A stretch of DNA of 47,702 nt from a virus (IMGVR_UViG_3300020045_015253:1-47702); one strand, 5' to 3'; positions 19,414 to 28,989 are shown, counted from the first letter of the stretch. The notes: a model not told the origin generated them from the sequence alone. Program-made: numbers and translations.

Positions 19414-19706
19414 CTTATAATATATTTTCCATTCTTAATTATACTACATTCATTGCATTTAGTATAGTAGCCTAAATTAGGATTATTATGTCCGCTACAT
19501 CTAAAACAATTTATTCTACCATAACATTGATGTTCAATTGTTTGTGTAGCATGATTCATAAAGTAACTGCCAAAAATATATTGTCCATTTTTTAAAATAA
19601 AATAATAATACTTATAGCAGTTACATTTTAAACATAGTTCACGTTTAAAACAGTTACCTACTGAAATAAAAGAAATATCATTTACCCAAATATGTTTTAC
19701 TTCCAT
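19410..19706 (-). CDS. Cys-rich (zinc-binding) hypothetical protein
   Basis: Three CxxC pairs. Confidence 0.5.
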   Translation of the reverse strand: MEVKHIWVNDISFISVGNCFKRELCLKCNCYKYYYFILKNGQYIFGSYFMNHATQTIEHQCYGRINCFRCSGHNNPNLGYYTKCNECSIIKNGKYIIR

Positions 19707-19707
19707 A

Positions 19708-22074
19708 CTAAAATATTAATTCATTATCTTCTTTCCATTCAGTTTCACCAGTACCATATGTAAAACATGTACCACCACCACCAGCTCTACTATTACATGT
19801 CCATCCATTATGTTTTCCCCAGAACTCCATCCATAGCGTAAAAATTTTCTGATTAGGATATTCATTTAATCCTATACCATGGTCATTCTTAAAACTAAGA
19901 TATAAATCTTTTTTATTGTATTTTGTATCATTATGAAGTTTAAATTCTGCAAATGAAATAAAATCTTCTGAAGTGTTTATTATTAATTTTTTTGCTTGTA
20001 AATTAACATACTCAGGTTCAATCAATCCATTATTAAGAAAATCTTTTAAACAATACAATAAGTAATTGTCACACCTATTTTTTTCATCTTCTGGCCATTC
20101 TGAAATAAATTCTCTACCAAAGTCATCTATAGGTTGATAACTTTTACTATAGTGTGGAAACAACTCAAGTTCAAACTTTCTACGTGCATAACTATCTGTA
20201 TCTCCTTTTAAAGTAAAATTAGTATTAATTGCTATTTTAGGTGAATCTTCTGGAGCCATAAACAATTCATCTTGATATAACTTGCGTATTGGCCACCCAT
20301 CTGTTAAGAATGTAAAAAGCTTTTTATACTTAAAACTTTTCTCTATGTCGTCAATCAATACTATATCTGTATCAAAATTTATTCTTTGCCACGCAAAATC
20401 TTTTCCTGTATTAAAGTCTGCTCCTGGTATGATAACAATATTTTTTTGTGTACCTATTATTTGCATAGTCAATCCTTTACCAGTACCACCCATTGCATCT
20501 TCGGAAAGTATTTCATCATTGAAAATAACTGCTTTAACAGTTGACTTGCTTTTAAAACTATGTAATAAATATCCTACTCCAGATTTAAAGCTTTTAATTC
20601 TGTCTTCATCTTTCTTGCATATATTTTCTACAAATCTTGCGAAGTCACAACCAAAGCAGTCATACTTTTCTAATAAAGAAAAATTCCTGTTTAATTTTTT
20701 TGTCTTCCAAATAAAGCCATCAAGGTCAATGTACTTAACTAATTCAATTTTTTCTTTTGTAACTTTTACTGCTATGTTGTTAAAATAAATCCAACCAACA
20801 TCTTTAGTATCTTTATTCCAGTTTACTTCAAACGGGTCAAGATAGTTTAAATATTCTTTTTTGAACTTAGTATTTTCTGCTATCATATTGTAGATATCTG
20901 GTTTGTCCCAGCTTTCTAAACATCTTAGTAGAAAATCTTTTATGTGTCGTACATCAACTTCCTGAATTGTATTTTCTTTAACTCTTATAAATATGAAGTC
21001 TTTTTCATTTAACTCATATCTATAGAAACCATGGTCTTGTAGGAACTTTTTTAATTCTAAAAAATCAATCTTAAAACCACTATTATTCCATTTCCAAAAC
21101 TCTACTAATTCAGGTAATTCAAACGATTTGTCTTGTTCATACTCTAACTCATCTTCAAAAAAAAAGTTGTCAGTTTCTATGCTATTATCTTCTTCTAATG
21201 CAATTGAGTCAGTTACTAACTTAACCATTTTTTTGTTAGCAGATGGTTTACTATAAGCTGATTTAGATATTCTATTTAATTCACCATTAATAGAGTTGAA
21301 ATCTTCTGCATAAATTGATGCGTAATTTGATACATATATCATAGCATCACTTTCAGATATTCCATAATCTCTACAAGCAGAAAATAAATATAGTAGATTT
21401 GTATTTCTATTGCCTTTACTTAAGTTATATTTACTTTCAAACCATACTAATAATTTTTTAAATGTATCAGGTAAATCATCAAGCAAAGTAGATTCTGTAA
21501 CTTCATTTTTAAATTCAGGTTTTAATTCGGCTATTTCAGTAAAAACTTCTGAGTACTCATTAATAAAAAGATTGTTGTCATAACTTTCATAACAAACACG
21601 TGAAACACCTTTAACATTTTTATCAAAGTAAATACAGTGTTTCCAATATTCAGTTATAGCATCAAACCTTAAATTATGTTCTTCATTTGTTTGACATTCT
21701 GGAACTCTAAATAAAACTTTTAAACCATTGCCAGATGGTGAAACAAATACAGTATAAGTATGTATGTCTGATTTTAACTTGCCTTTCCAGGTAAACAATG
21801 TTTGAGTATTAGGAAAGTTATCAAAATCAAGACACATTAAGCCAGAGTGCTTTAATAAGTCATCGTTATGGCGTGTTTTAAATTTACCTGAAAAACATAT
21901 CCACAAAAGACTTTTCTTAAGTGTATTACGTTTTTCTTTATTAGGTTCATTCCTAATCTGGTCTATTAAATTTTTATTAACACCACGCTTAATTCTATCA
22001 AGTACCTCAGTTACATTGTAATACTGAGGTACATGAGAATTAATTGATTTGAATACAGTTACTTGAGCCTGCAT
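19708..22074 (-). CDS. Primase-helicase (VirE-N/BT4734-like AEP domain, PriCT, P-loop helicase)
   Basis: SGLMCLDFD, FVSPSGNGLK and SRVCYESYD motifs; GNRN PriCT motif; Walker A GGTGKG and Walker B IVLIDD. Confidence 0.85.
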   Translation of the reverse strand: MQAQVTVFKSINSHVPQYYNVTEVLDRIKRGVNKNLIDQIRNEPNKEKRNTLKKSLLWICFSGKFKTRHNDDLLKHSGLMCLDFDNFPNTQTLFTWKGKLKSDIHTYTVFVSPSGNGLKVLFRVPECQTNEEHNLRFDAITEYWKHCIYFDKNVKGVSRVCYESYDNNLFINEYSEVFTEIAELKPEFKNEVTESTLLDDLPDTFKKLLVWFESKYNLSKGNRNTNLLYLFSACRDYGISESDAMIYVSNYASIYAEDFNSINGELNRISKSAYSKPSANKKMVKLVTDSIALEEDNSIETDNFFFEDELEYEQDKSFELPELVEFWKWNNSGFKIDFLELKKFLQDHGFYRYELNEKDFIFIRVKENTIQEVDVRHIKDFLLRCLESWDKPDIYNMIAENTKFKKEYLNYLDPFEVNWNKDTKDVGWIYFNNIAVKVTKEKIELVKYIDLDGFIWKTKKLNRNFSLLEKYDCFGCDFARFVENICKKDEDRIKSFKSGVGYLLHSFKSKSTVKAVIFNDEILSEDAMGGTGKGLTMQIIGTQKNIVIIPGADFNTGKDFAWQRINFDTDIVLIDDIEKSFKYKKLFTFLTDGWPIRKLYQDELFMAPEDSPKIAINTNFTLKGDTDSYARRKFELELFPHYSKSYQPIDDFGREFISEWPEDEKNRCDNYLLYCLKDFLNNGLIEPEYVNLQAKKLIINTSEDFISFAEFKLHNDTKYNKKDLYLSFKNDHGIGLNEYPNQKIFTLWMEFWGKHNGWTCNSRAGGGGTCFTYGTGETEWKEDNELIF

Positions 22075-22075
22075 A

Positions 22076-22513
22076 TTATTTTACACCAGTAGAACCGAAT
22101 GCACCTTCACCTCGCTCGCTAATCTCTGGATATAAATATTCTACTTCTACTTCTTCTATTCTTGCATAATATACTGGTATTAAAATAAATTGAGCAATTT
22201 TTTCACCTGGTTCAATTGAAACTGGTTCACCATTAACTTTTGTTAAGTGTATATGTATTTCACCTTGGTAATCTTCATCTATAACGCATGCGCCTATTTG
22301 AAGACCTTTTTTTACAGCTACGCCGCTTTTATTAAAACCAACAAATGCAGTACATTTAGGAAGTTTTACTTTAATTCCTGATTTAATAACAATTGAGTCA
22401 CCTATCCACATTGATTTTTTTTCAAAATCTTCAGGTACATAAAAATCTATTCCTGCTGATTTTTTTGTACCACGTGTTGGAGTTTTTACTTGACGTACTT
22501 TTGATAGTTTCAT
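22076..22513 (-). CDS. dut: Trimeric dUTPase family protein
   Basis: Motifs AGIDF, NKSG (RSG variant), VIDEDYQGEI, KIAQF and RGEGAFGSTG. Confidence 0.9.
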   Translation of the reverse strand: MKLSKVRQVKTPTRGTKKSAGIDFYVPEDFEKKSMWIGDSIVIKSGIKVKLPKCTAFVGFNKSGVAVKKGLQIGACVIDEDYQGEIHIHLTKVNGEPVSIEPGEKIAQFILIPVYYARIEEVEVEYLYPEISERGEGAFGSTGVK

Positions 22514-22514
22514 A

Positions 22515-23069
22515 TTATAATAATTTATTAAGTTTGTGTAATGCTAAAACAATATCTGCTTCATAAAAAGCATCATCTGCGCCTCTATGTATTTCTACAT
22601 AATTAGAGTCAGGATAAAAATATTTGTAAGCCTCTTCTACTTTAGGCCATTTGTAGCCAGGGAAAAAAGCAGCTTTACCTGTTTTTTTTATTTTACAGAT
22701 ATTAGTGCTTTCAATCATTGGACATTTAAATTCAGTGTGAAATTCTATACCATAGCTTTTTAAAAAGTTAATGTCAAAAACTTTGTTAAAAGCAGTTACC
22801 CCGGTATAATTTTTTATAATTATTTGCAGCTCTTTTGATATAGAATCAAATTCAACTCCAGATAATATTTCATCAGCTGTTATATATTTATTTTGTACTA
22901 TCCAGGTTTTTTCAAGTTCATCTCTACTTAATCCAGGATTTATAACTTTATTAAATATTATTCTTTTTGCACCAGAATTAAGGCATAATTCTACTACTCC
23001 AATCTCAACTATTTTCCCACCTTCATTAAGAAAACCAGTTGTTTCAATGTCAATTACTAAAATTCTCAT
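22515..23069 (-). CDS. DEDDh 3'-5' exonuclease (DnaQ-like)
   Basis: DIETTG, AFNKVFD and HRGADD motifs. Confidence 0.88.
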   Translation of the reverse strand: MRILVIDIETTGFLNEGGKIVEIGVVELCLNSGAKRIIFNKVINPGLSRDELEKTWIVQNKYITADEILSGVEFDSISKELQIIIKNYTGVTAFNKVFDINFLKSYGIEFHTEFKCPMIESTNICKIKKTGKAAFFPGYKWPKVEEAYKYFYPDSNYVEIHRGADDAFYEADIVLALHKLNKLL

Positions 23070-23860
23070 ACTATTATTTTTGCTTTAATAAATTTTTCAT
23101 GTTCATAATCTCTAATCCAAATATCAGATACATCAAATCCTGTTATTTTATTTTGCTGATTAACTAAAGTTGGCAAACTATACATTTCATTCTTAACATA
23201 AGTTTCAACAGCTTTTGTATGTTCTTTATATACATGCGCATTGCCAATATTTATTCTTACTTTACCTCTAAGTAAATTAAGGCTTTTAGAAACTATACTT
23301 AATAATAAGTAAAATACAGCAATATCGTATGGAAGTCCAATAAATAAATCAGCACTTCTTTGTGACACTATTATATTTAAAACTTTATTTATTTGTACAA
23401 ATTGAAAAGCAAAATAACATGGTGCTAAATTGCCTTTTTTTATAGCTCCTGGATTCCACATTGAAATTACAAGTCTACGACTTTCATTACCTGTTTTTAA
23501 ATCTTCAATAGCATCTTTAAATTGGTCTACACCATTAAAAGACCTAAGAATCCTACCGTAAGTTTCGCCAATGTCACCATCTTTGTCTGCCCATAAATTC
23601 CATATAGAAACTCCATTATTTTTTAAATAGTTAATATTTGTTGAACCAGAAAGCAACCAATATAGTTCAAATTTAATATTTTTAAAAAACATTTCTTTAG
23701 ATGTAAGCATTGGAAATTCATCAAAATCACTTCTAAATTCAATACTAACACCAGCTTGTGCATATGCAAAATTATTATCTCTAACTTTTTGCAATCCACC
23801 TTTTAATATAGTGTCAATGAGCAATGCTTTATAATTAGCTTCGTATGGATTATTTTTCAT
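23066..23860 (-). CDS. thyA: Thymidylate synthase homologue with Asp at the Asn177-equivalent position
   Basis: ELYW, IWNLW, SRR, LAPC, QRSAD and HVY motifs; GLPYD in place of GLPFN. Confidence 0.85.
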   Translation of the reverse strand: MKNNPYEANYKALLIDTILKGGLQKVRDNNFAYAQAGVSIEFRSDFDEFPMLTSKEMFFKNIKFELYWLLSGSTNINYLKNNGVSIWNLWADKDGDIGETYGRILRSFNGVDQFKDAIEDLKTGNESRRLVISMWNPGAIKKGNLAPCYFAFQFVQINKVLNIIVSQRSADLFIGLPYDIAVFYLLLSIVSKSLNLLRGKVRINIGNAHVYKEHTKAVETYVKNEMYSLPTLVNQQNKITGFDVSDIWIRDYEHEKFIKAKIIV

Positions 23861-24131
23861 AAAATGTATCTCTTATTTTTTGTAATCCATCAACATAAGC
23901 TACAGCATCAACAAGAGTATCATCTTTAAGATTATACCTTAATCTACCCATTTTTAATGCAATTAAACATTTACACATTATCTCTGGAGTAATTTCAATA
24001 CCAGTTAACTCAGTAGCAATTTTAGCAGAACTTGTTATTGACTCAACAAATCCACCGTATTGTCTGTCTTTTTCCTGGGCTCTATCATTCATGATAGCAT
24101 CCGCTTCTTTTAAAATATTTAGTTTACTCAT
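23850..24131 (-). CDS. DUF6378-like (MazG-like nucleotide pyrophosphatase candidate) protein
   Basis: ILKEA..R...YG, LKMGR and DTLVDAVAY pattern; overlaps the TS start. Confidence 0.6.
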   Translation of the reverse strand: MSKLNILKEADAIMNDRAQEKDRQYGGFVESITSSAKIATELTGIEITPEIMCKCLIALKMGRLRYNLKDDTLVDAVAYVDGLQKIRDTFYEK

Positions 24132-24140
24132 AATTAATAA

Positions 24141-24380
24141 TTATAATTCTGTAATTCCAATTGTTTTAGTTAGAAAATCTCTAGCAAATTCTACTGAACG
24201 TTTTACTGAAAATTCCCGTGCATCCTTGTTCTGATAAGCCATGTCGTCAATATCTATAATTAGATTATTAACTAAGTTACACATTTCTTTAAGGTTTTCA
24301 AACCGTTCATTATCAGTATTTGTTTCACCTATTGGTTTTATATTACCAATTAATTTTTTTATTATTTCTGTATATTCCAT
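24141..24380 (-). CDS. Hypothetical protein
   Basis: ORF; ATG at 24380 preferred. Confidence 0.6.
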   Translation of the reverse strand: MEYTEIIKKLIGNIKPIGETNTDNERFENLKEMCNLVNNLIIDIDDMAYQNKDAREFSVKRSVEFARDFLTKTIGITEL

Positions 24381-24382
24381 AA

Positions 24383-24802
24383 TTAAAAAGGACAATTACT
24401 ATCATTAATACTACTTTTATTATCTCTTATAGTTTTAGTTTTAAATTCCATTTTTTCACCATTCCACTTATAATCTAAGTATTTCTTTATATTTTCCATA
24501 TTAGAAAGTACCCGTACATTATCAATTGTATATCCTTTCGTTTCATCTTCTCTGTCAATAGTGAAACTATCTCTACTTTTCCCTTTACCTGCAATATATT
24601 TTGTTGAAATGCAAAATTCTGTAAATTGCTCGTAACTAATATCGAATACTTTTTTTCTCCTTTTGGCATTATCCTTAAGTGCTTGATATGTTGCTTTTAC
24701 TACATTTTTTTTTCTCCACTCTCTATTATAACATCTATGACACAAACAAAGAGCATATACTTCACGACTACAATACTTCGTTGCGCACTTTGTGTTCTTC
24801 AT
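24383..24802 (-). CDS. HNH-like endonuclease with N-terminal zinc finger
   Basis: C...C...CHRC and TIDRED..KGY..DN......N..K motif. Confidence 0.6.
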   Translation of the reverse strand: MKNTKCATKYCSREVYALCLCHRCYNREWRKKNVVKATYQALKDNAKRRKKVFDISYEQFTEFCISTKYIAGKGKSRDSFTIDREDETKGYTIDNVRVLSNMENIKKYLDYKWNGEKMEFKTKTIRDNKSSINDSNCPF

Positions 24803-26369
24803 AGTATTCTATTTCCTTTAAATACATTTGCTGTGTTCTATGTATCCAATGAATATTATAATTTTTATATTTAGCAAACTCTTCTAAACCTTCTAGCCCT
24901 TTCTTAGCAATTATTCTACGAATAATCCAAGCAAATTTATAACCACGCTCTTCGGCTGTTCTTTCTAAATCAATAAAATCATTTTTAGCATAGTCAATTT
25001 TTATTAAGTCAACTTCAATATCAAACTTATCTTTTTCAAATATGTAACCACAGTAATCACAAATCATCTTAGAAGTTAAAATTAAGCATCCACAACCTTT
25101 GTTGCCATACTTATCATCTTTCTGCTTTCCATGATGTAAACCACACTCTTTAACTGGCGCAACTCCTTCTGAGTTTGAATGTAATTGCTTCAATGACCAT
25201 TCACGCTCCTGGTTATAAAAACCTAGTCTTTCAGCATTACTACCAAAATCAAGAATATTAAAATGAGTCTTATTTCTTGAAGTTCTACTACCTCTACCAA
25301 TCATTTGTAACCACAATGACTCTGATGTAGTGGCACGATTAACTATAATTGTTTCAATCGGTTTATAGTCAAACCCTTTTGTGTAAATACCAGTGTTAAT
25401 AAGCACTTTAAATTTACCATTTTTCCATTCATTTATAACATCAGCTCTTACTCCAGAATATTTAATCATTGCTGATTTATACTCATTATATAGTTCTTTT
25501 TTTTCTTTAAACTTTTCAAATTGAGCATCTGTCATTGCGTCGTCATATATAGGATTAGATAATCCTGATACTATGAATTTAGCATTTATACCAGCTTCAT
25601 TAAAAGCTTTACATGTATTTATACTATGAGCAATGTTTACACAAAATACTAAAGTAATTGTATTCTGTGCTAATGTTTGCCAGTTTTTTATTACTCCAAG
25701 ATATAAGTTATTCTTATTAAACTTATCATACATTTCAGATTCCTTGTAGTCACCAAATGAATTTAATTTTATTCCACTTGTATCAAAATGTCTTGGAGCA
25801 TAGTAAACATCTTTTACTAAAAATCCACGTCGTATAAGTTCTGGTATTTGTGGGCCAATTATTAATTTAGTATAGTCATCACTTAATTTACGTTGCTTTT
25901 TTGTTCGCTTTGGAGTAGCAGTAAATCCGAGTATAAACAAATGATTGTTCATTACTTTGGATTCGAAGTACACATTAAACTCTTGTATATGCGCTTCATC
26001 AATTATTACTATACTAAATGAGTTAATAAAGTCAACCCAAACCTTTCTTTCTAAGCGAAGCCTCAATGTCTGACTCATAGCTACTACGTGACGGTACTCT
26101 TTCGGCGGGTACTTTTGTCCACTTGTAACTGTCGTGGTTTTTAATCCGAATACTATCAAAGTGCTGTCCGTGCCATTTAATAGTTCTATTCTGTCTGTTA
26201 TTATTAAGCATTTGTTTCCTTTTAAATCAGCGTCTTTAACTATACTGCTAAATATAACTGTTTTACCAGAGCCAGTTGGAGATTGTACTAAAATCTTTCT
26301 ATGACCTTGTATAACAGCTTGTTTAATTTCTTCTTTTATTTTCTTTTGAAAATCGTGAAGTACAATCAT
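24768..26369 (-). CDS. SF2 DEAH helicase (RadD/UvsW-like) with C-terminal zinc finger
   Basis: SPTGSGKT, DEAH, FTATP and QMIGRGSR motifs; CxxC motifs. Confidence 0.92.
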   Translation of the reverse strand: MIVLHDFQKKIKEEIKQAVIQGHRKILVQSPTGSGKTVIFSSIVKDADLKGNKCLIITDRIELLNGTDSTLIVFGLKTTTVTSGQKYPPKEYRHVVAMSQTLRLRLERKVWVDFINSFSIVIIDEAHIQEFNVYFESKVMNNHLFILGFTATPKRTKKQRKLSDDYTKLIIGPQIPELIRRGFLVKDVYYAPRHFDTSGIKLNSFGDYKESEMYDKFNKNNLYLGVIKNWQTLAQNTITLVFCVNIAHSINTCKAFNEAGINAKFIVSGLSNPIYDDAMTDAQFEKFKEKKELYNEYKSAMIKYSGVRADVINEWKNGKFKVLINTGIYTKGFDYKPIETIIVNRATTSESLWLQMIGRGSRTSRNKTHFNILDFGSNAERLGFYNQEREWSLKQLHSNSEGVAPVKECGLHHGKQKDDKYGNKGCGCLILTSKMICDYCGYIFEKDKFDIEVDLIKIDYAKNDFIDLERTAEERGYKFAWIIRRIIAKKGLEGLEEFAKYKNYNIHWIHRTQQMYLKEIEYYEEHKVRNEVL

Positions 26370-26524
26370 AAATGATGTTTTCCTAATACATTAATAAGTG
26401 AGCTATAAATATCTCTATAAAATTTAAGCTTTGCTAATAATAATTTTAATGCTTTTGATTCACATAAATGAGGTGCATGTATTATTAGCCACCTATCTTG
26501 CTGTGTTAAATATGGTCTTTTCAT
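26366..26524 (-). CDS. 52-aa hypothetical protein (not in ORF track)
   Basis: MKRPYLTQQDRW...GKHHL; ATGA overlaps with both neighbours. Confidence 0.5.
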   Translation of the reverse strand: MKRPYLTQQDRWLIIHAPHLCESKALKLLLAKLKFYRDIYSSLINVLGKHHL

Positions 26525-26745
26525 AGTCCAGGGTCTGCGTCTGAGTAACAGTTACCAGAAGCATCTGTATCATAACCAAAATCCAAACCATAAGTATCGT
26601 CTGGATACTCTAAGTAAGATTTTTCATCTTCCATTTCTTCTTCAAGTTCAGCCAACTCATCAGCTTCGTCTTCTTTTCTTAGATGGTCAAACAATTGTTG
26701 TTCTAAACATCTATCAACCCAGTGATTTCCAAAACAACCTGCCAT
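26521..26745 (-). CDS. Highly acidic small protein
   Basis: D/E-rich 74 aa ending CYSDADPGL. Confidence 0.65.
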   Translation of the reverse strand: MAGCFGNHWVDRCLEQQLFDHLRKEDEADELAELEEEMEDEKSYLEYPDDTYGLDFGYDTDASGNCYSDADPGL

Positions 26746-26861
26746 AATTCTGTTATTTAAAGTTTATATTAAGCCAGTCTTTCCTGGCTGTCATTTGGTT
26801 AAAACTTAGTGGACTCCCAAATCACTATTTTTAATAGTAGTATATAACTGCATAGCAGTTG

Positions 26862-26887
26862 TAGAAAAGTGGGCCTCGAACCCACTT
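26862..26887 (-). terminator. Hairpin after ssb (terminator or T-arm-like element)
   Basis: AAGTGGG TTCGAGG CCCACTT TTCT on the minus strand. Confidence 0.5.
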
Positions 26888-26909
26888 AGTAAGCCTTTAC
26901 TTAATTTCT

Positions 26910-27305
26910 TTAGAACGGTAAGTCTTCGTCCTTGTCAGAACTACCAATACTGTCGTCTTCCTTTGCTTCACGCTCAACAAAAGTACCACCTCCATCATAC
27001 ATGTTTAGTGAACCAAAAATTGGCTGTTCGCGTTTTTCTGCGTCAGTTTGTTTTTCACGTACTTCTTTTGGAAGCGATTGTTTGATTAAGTGAGTCTGAG
27101 TTGTTGCGCCGTCTTTGTCTTTTTGTGGCTCCTTCATTTTGAAGATAACCAGGTCGGCAAACACGTTATTTTTTTCACTCTTGAAAAGATGGTTATCCTT
27201 AATAGGAATAACAATACACTCAATTTTTTCCTTTGAACCTTTCTTGTCGAAGGTTACAATTTTGTGGCGAAGTGTAGCCAAGTTAATTTTACCAAAATCT
27301 GCCAT
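26910..27305 (-). CDS. ssb: Single-stranded DNA-binding protein (phage type)
   Basis: Acidic C-terminal tail ending DEDLPF; lies in the recombination module. Confidence 0.7.
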   Translation of the reverse strand: MADFGKINLATLRHKIVTFDKKGSKEKIECIVIPIKDNHLFKSEKNNVFADLVIFKMKEPQKDKDGATTQTHLIKQSLPKEVREKQTDAEKREQPIFGSLNMYDGGGTFVEREAKEDDSIGSSDKDEDLPF

Positions 27306-27315
27306 AATTAAAATA

Positions 27316-27570
27316 TTAGTGATTTAATTTATATAATCCATAACCATAGATGTCTTCATGTTCACCCCAGTCTGGACGATTTAACGCAAAAATTTCAAGT
27401 ATTCTTTTATCTACATTAAATGCTTCAAATGGTGTGAATACCTCTACTTCATAAGGATTGTCATCAAAATGAAATATTTTACCACACCTTGCAAGTTCGT
27501 CAATAAAAGCTTTTGCTTCATCAACATTAGTAATCTTCTTTAAAAGAATTACTTTGTCAAGTTGTTTCAT
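27316..27570 (-). CDS. Hypothetical protein
   Basis: Coupled ORF, FHFDDNP motif. Confidence 0.6.
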   Translation of the reverse strand: MKQLDKVILLKKITNVDEAKAFIDELARCGKIFHFDDNPYEVEVFTPFEAFNVDKRILEIFALNRPDWGEHEDIYGYGLYKLNH

Positions 27571-27818
27571 ACGGCCTCAAGTTTTTGTTCTTCTTTTTTT
27601 AGTAAAGAACTAATCTTAGCATTAAAAATTAATAAAGCAATTTCTTTTACTTCTTTTCTTACTTCATTAATTTCTTCCATTTGTTCAGTATCAAGTGAAT
27701 ATCTTGAATAACTTGTTTCTGGGTTTACTTCAATAGCACAACCTAATTTTAACGTTGCTTCAAGATACTTAATTTTATTCATGATACCAACTGATGATTC
27801 GAATTTTTCTCTTTTCAC
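27567..27818 (-). CDS. Hypothetical protein
   Basis: Coupled ORF. Confidence 0.6.
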   Translation of the reverse strand: MKREKFESSVGIMNKIKYLEATLKLGCAIEVNPETSYSRYSLDTEQMEEINEVRKEVKEIALLIFNAKISSLLKKEEQKLEAV

Positions 27819-28114
27819 TCTATTTGTCCAAAGTATTGTTGATAGTTACGTAAATAGAATACTGAATTACCAGCAATAACTTGTGTATATAATTCAGCAT
27901 AATCAAGAGGTGTACATTCGCTTAATTCTGTTTGCGAAATGTTTATGTAGCTTTCTTTAATCATCTCAGCTATTTCAGCTAAGTCATACACGCCATCATA
28001 AAGAATAATATCTTCCAATAGCATAGTATATATAGAGCAAGCTAACCCATTAAATAATTCTTTTCTGTTTGGGTCTGTACCTTGTTGTACTGCTTTTTTT
28101 ATGAATTTAATCAT
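27815..28114 (-). CDS. Hypothetical protein
   Basis: Coupled ORF. Confidence 0.6.
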   Translation of the reverse strand: MIKFIKKAVQQGTDPNRKELFNGLACSIYTMLLEDIILYDGVYDLAEIAEMIKESYINISQTELSECTPLDYAELYTQVIAGNSVFYLRNYQQYFGQIE

Positions 28115-28119
28115 TACAC

Positions 28120-28989
28120 TTATTTTTGTGCCATTAATAAAGCTGCATCAATATCCATGTCGTCCATGTACTTAATACATTTTTCTGAGATTAATATTCT
28201 TTCTAACATTTCTGCAATGTATTCTTCATCACGTGGCACATTTATAACAACTAAAGAGTTTTTTAATACTCTTGGGTCATAAGAAATAAAGTCACATGAC
28301 TCAGCTTCACCTACAAAAATGTTACATTGAATTTGACCGTAGTAAGTATGGTTTTTAGGAAAGCCACCATCTGAAACATCAAGCATTATCTGAACATTGT
28401 CATTATGCTTAAGTACGTCGTAAGGACATTTAATTTCAATAATCCTTTTTAAGTGTTGTACTTTCCCGTCAAATGAACCACCTATAAAAGGTATGTTTGG
28501 ATGAAGTTGAAAACAAGTTTCTTCAACATAATTACCAGATGCATCAGAGTATTTTTCTCTTGCTTCTGATTCATACTTATTACCCCAGGCTGTTGGTCTG
28601 AAATCTTTAGCAAATAATTCATCTACATAAAGTTCCTTTCCAGTATAAGTTAAATTGCGTTCAATTTGTACTTGACGAATTACATTCTTTGCTGTTTCGC
28701 CAAATTTGTCAGCTTTAGAACGACCTGACTTCATAAGGTCTGGTATTTTAGAACCAGTAAATACACCTAATCTAGCATGAAACCATGCTTTTGACCCTTG
28801 TTTTAAGTCTCCAAGGTTTTCGTATTCAATTTCGGCGTTGGCATTTGCTTTGTTTATAGCAATGTTGACCTCTTTGTCAATGTCTTCAAACATCTCATCA
28901 AGGATAGACATTTCAGTCTTATTAGTAGCATAAACTGCTTCATCTACATTTAAAGTCGATGGATAATCATCTTTGAAGTGTTTAGTCAT
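28120..28989 (-). CDS. YqaJ / lambda-exonuclease family recombination nuclease
   Basis: QGSKAWFHARLG..TGS, WG..YE..AR, SFDG, EIKCP and YYGQIQ motifs. Confidence 0.9.
   Translation of the reverse strand: MTKHFKDDYPSTLNVDEAVYATNKTEMSILDEMFEDIDKEVNIAINKANANAEIEYENLGDLKQGSKAWFHARLGVFTGSKIPDLMKSGRSKADKFGETAKNVIRQVQIERNLTYTGKELYVDELFAKDFRPTAWGNKYESEAREKYSDASGNYVEETCFQLHPNIPFIGGSFDGKVQHLKRIIEIKCPYDVLKHNDNVQIMLDVSDGGFPKNHTYYGQIQCNIFVGEAESCDFISYDPRVLKNSLVVINVPRDEEYIAEMLERILISEKCIKYMDDMDIDAALLMAQK

Noticed and set aside
20282-20788. 168-aa plus-strand ORF and similar antisense ORFs (e.g. 9867-10199, 12324-12620, 34601-34867, 41056-41304)
   Set aside because: Shadow ORFs opposite well-supported genes, with no motifs.
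26855-26909. tRNA gene suggested by GGTTCGA
   Set aside because: No full D-arm and anticodon arm, and too short; kept only as a mini-element or terminator.
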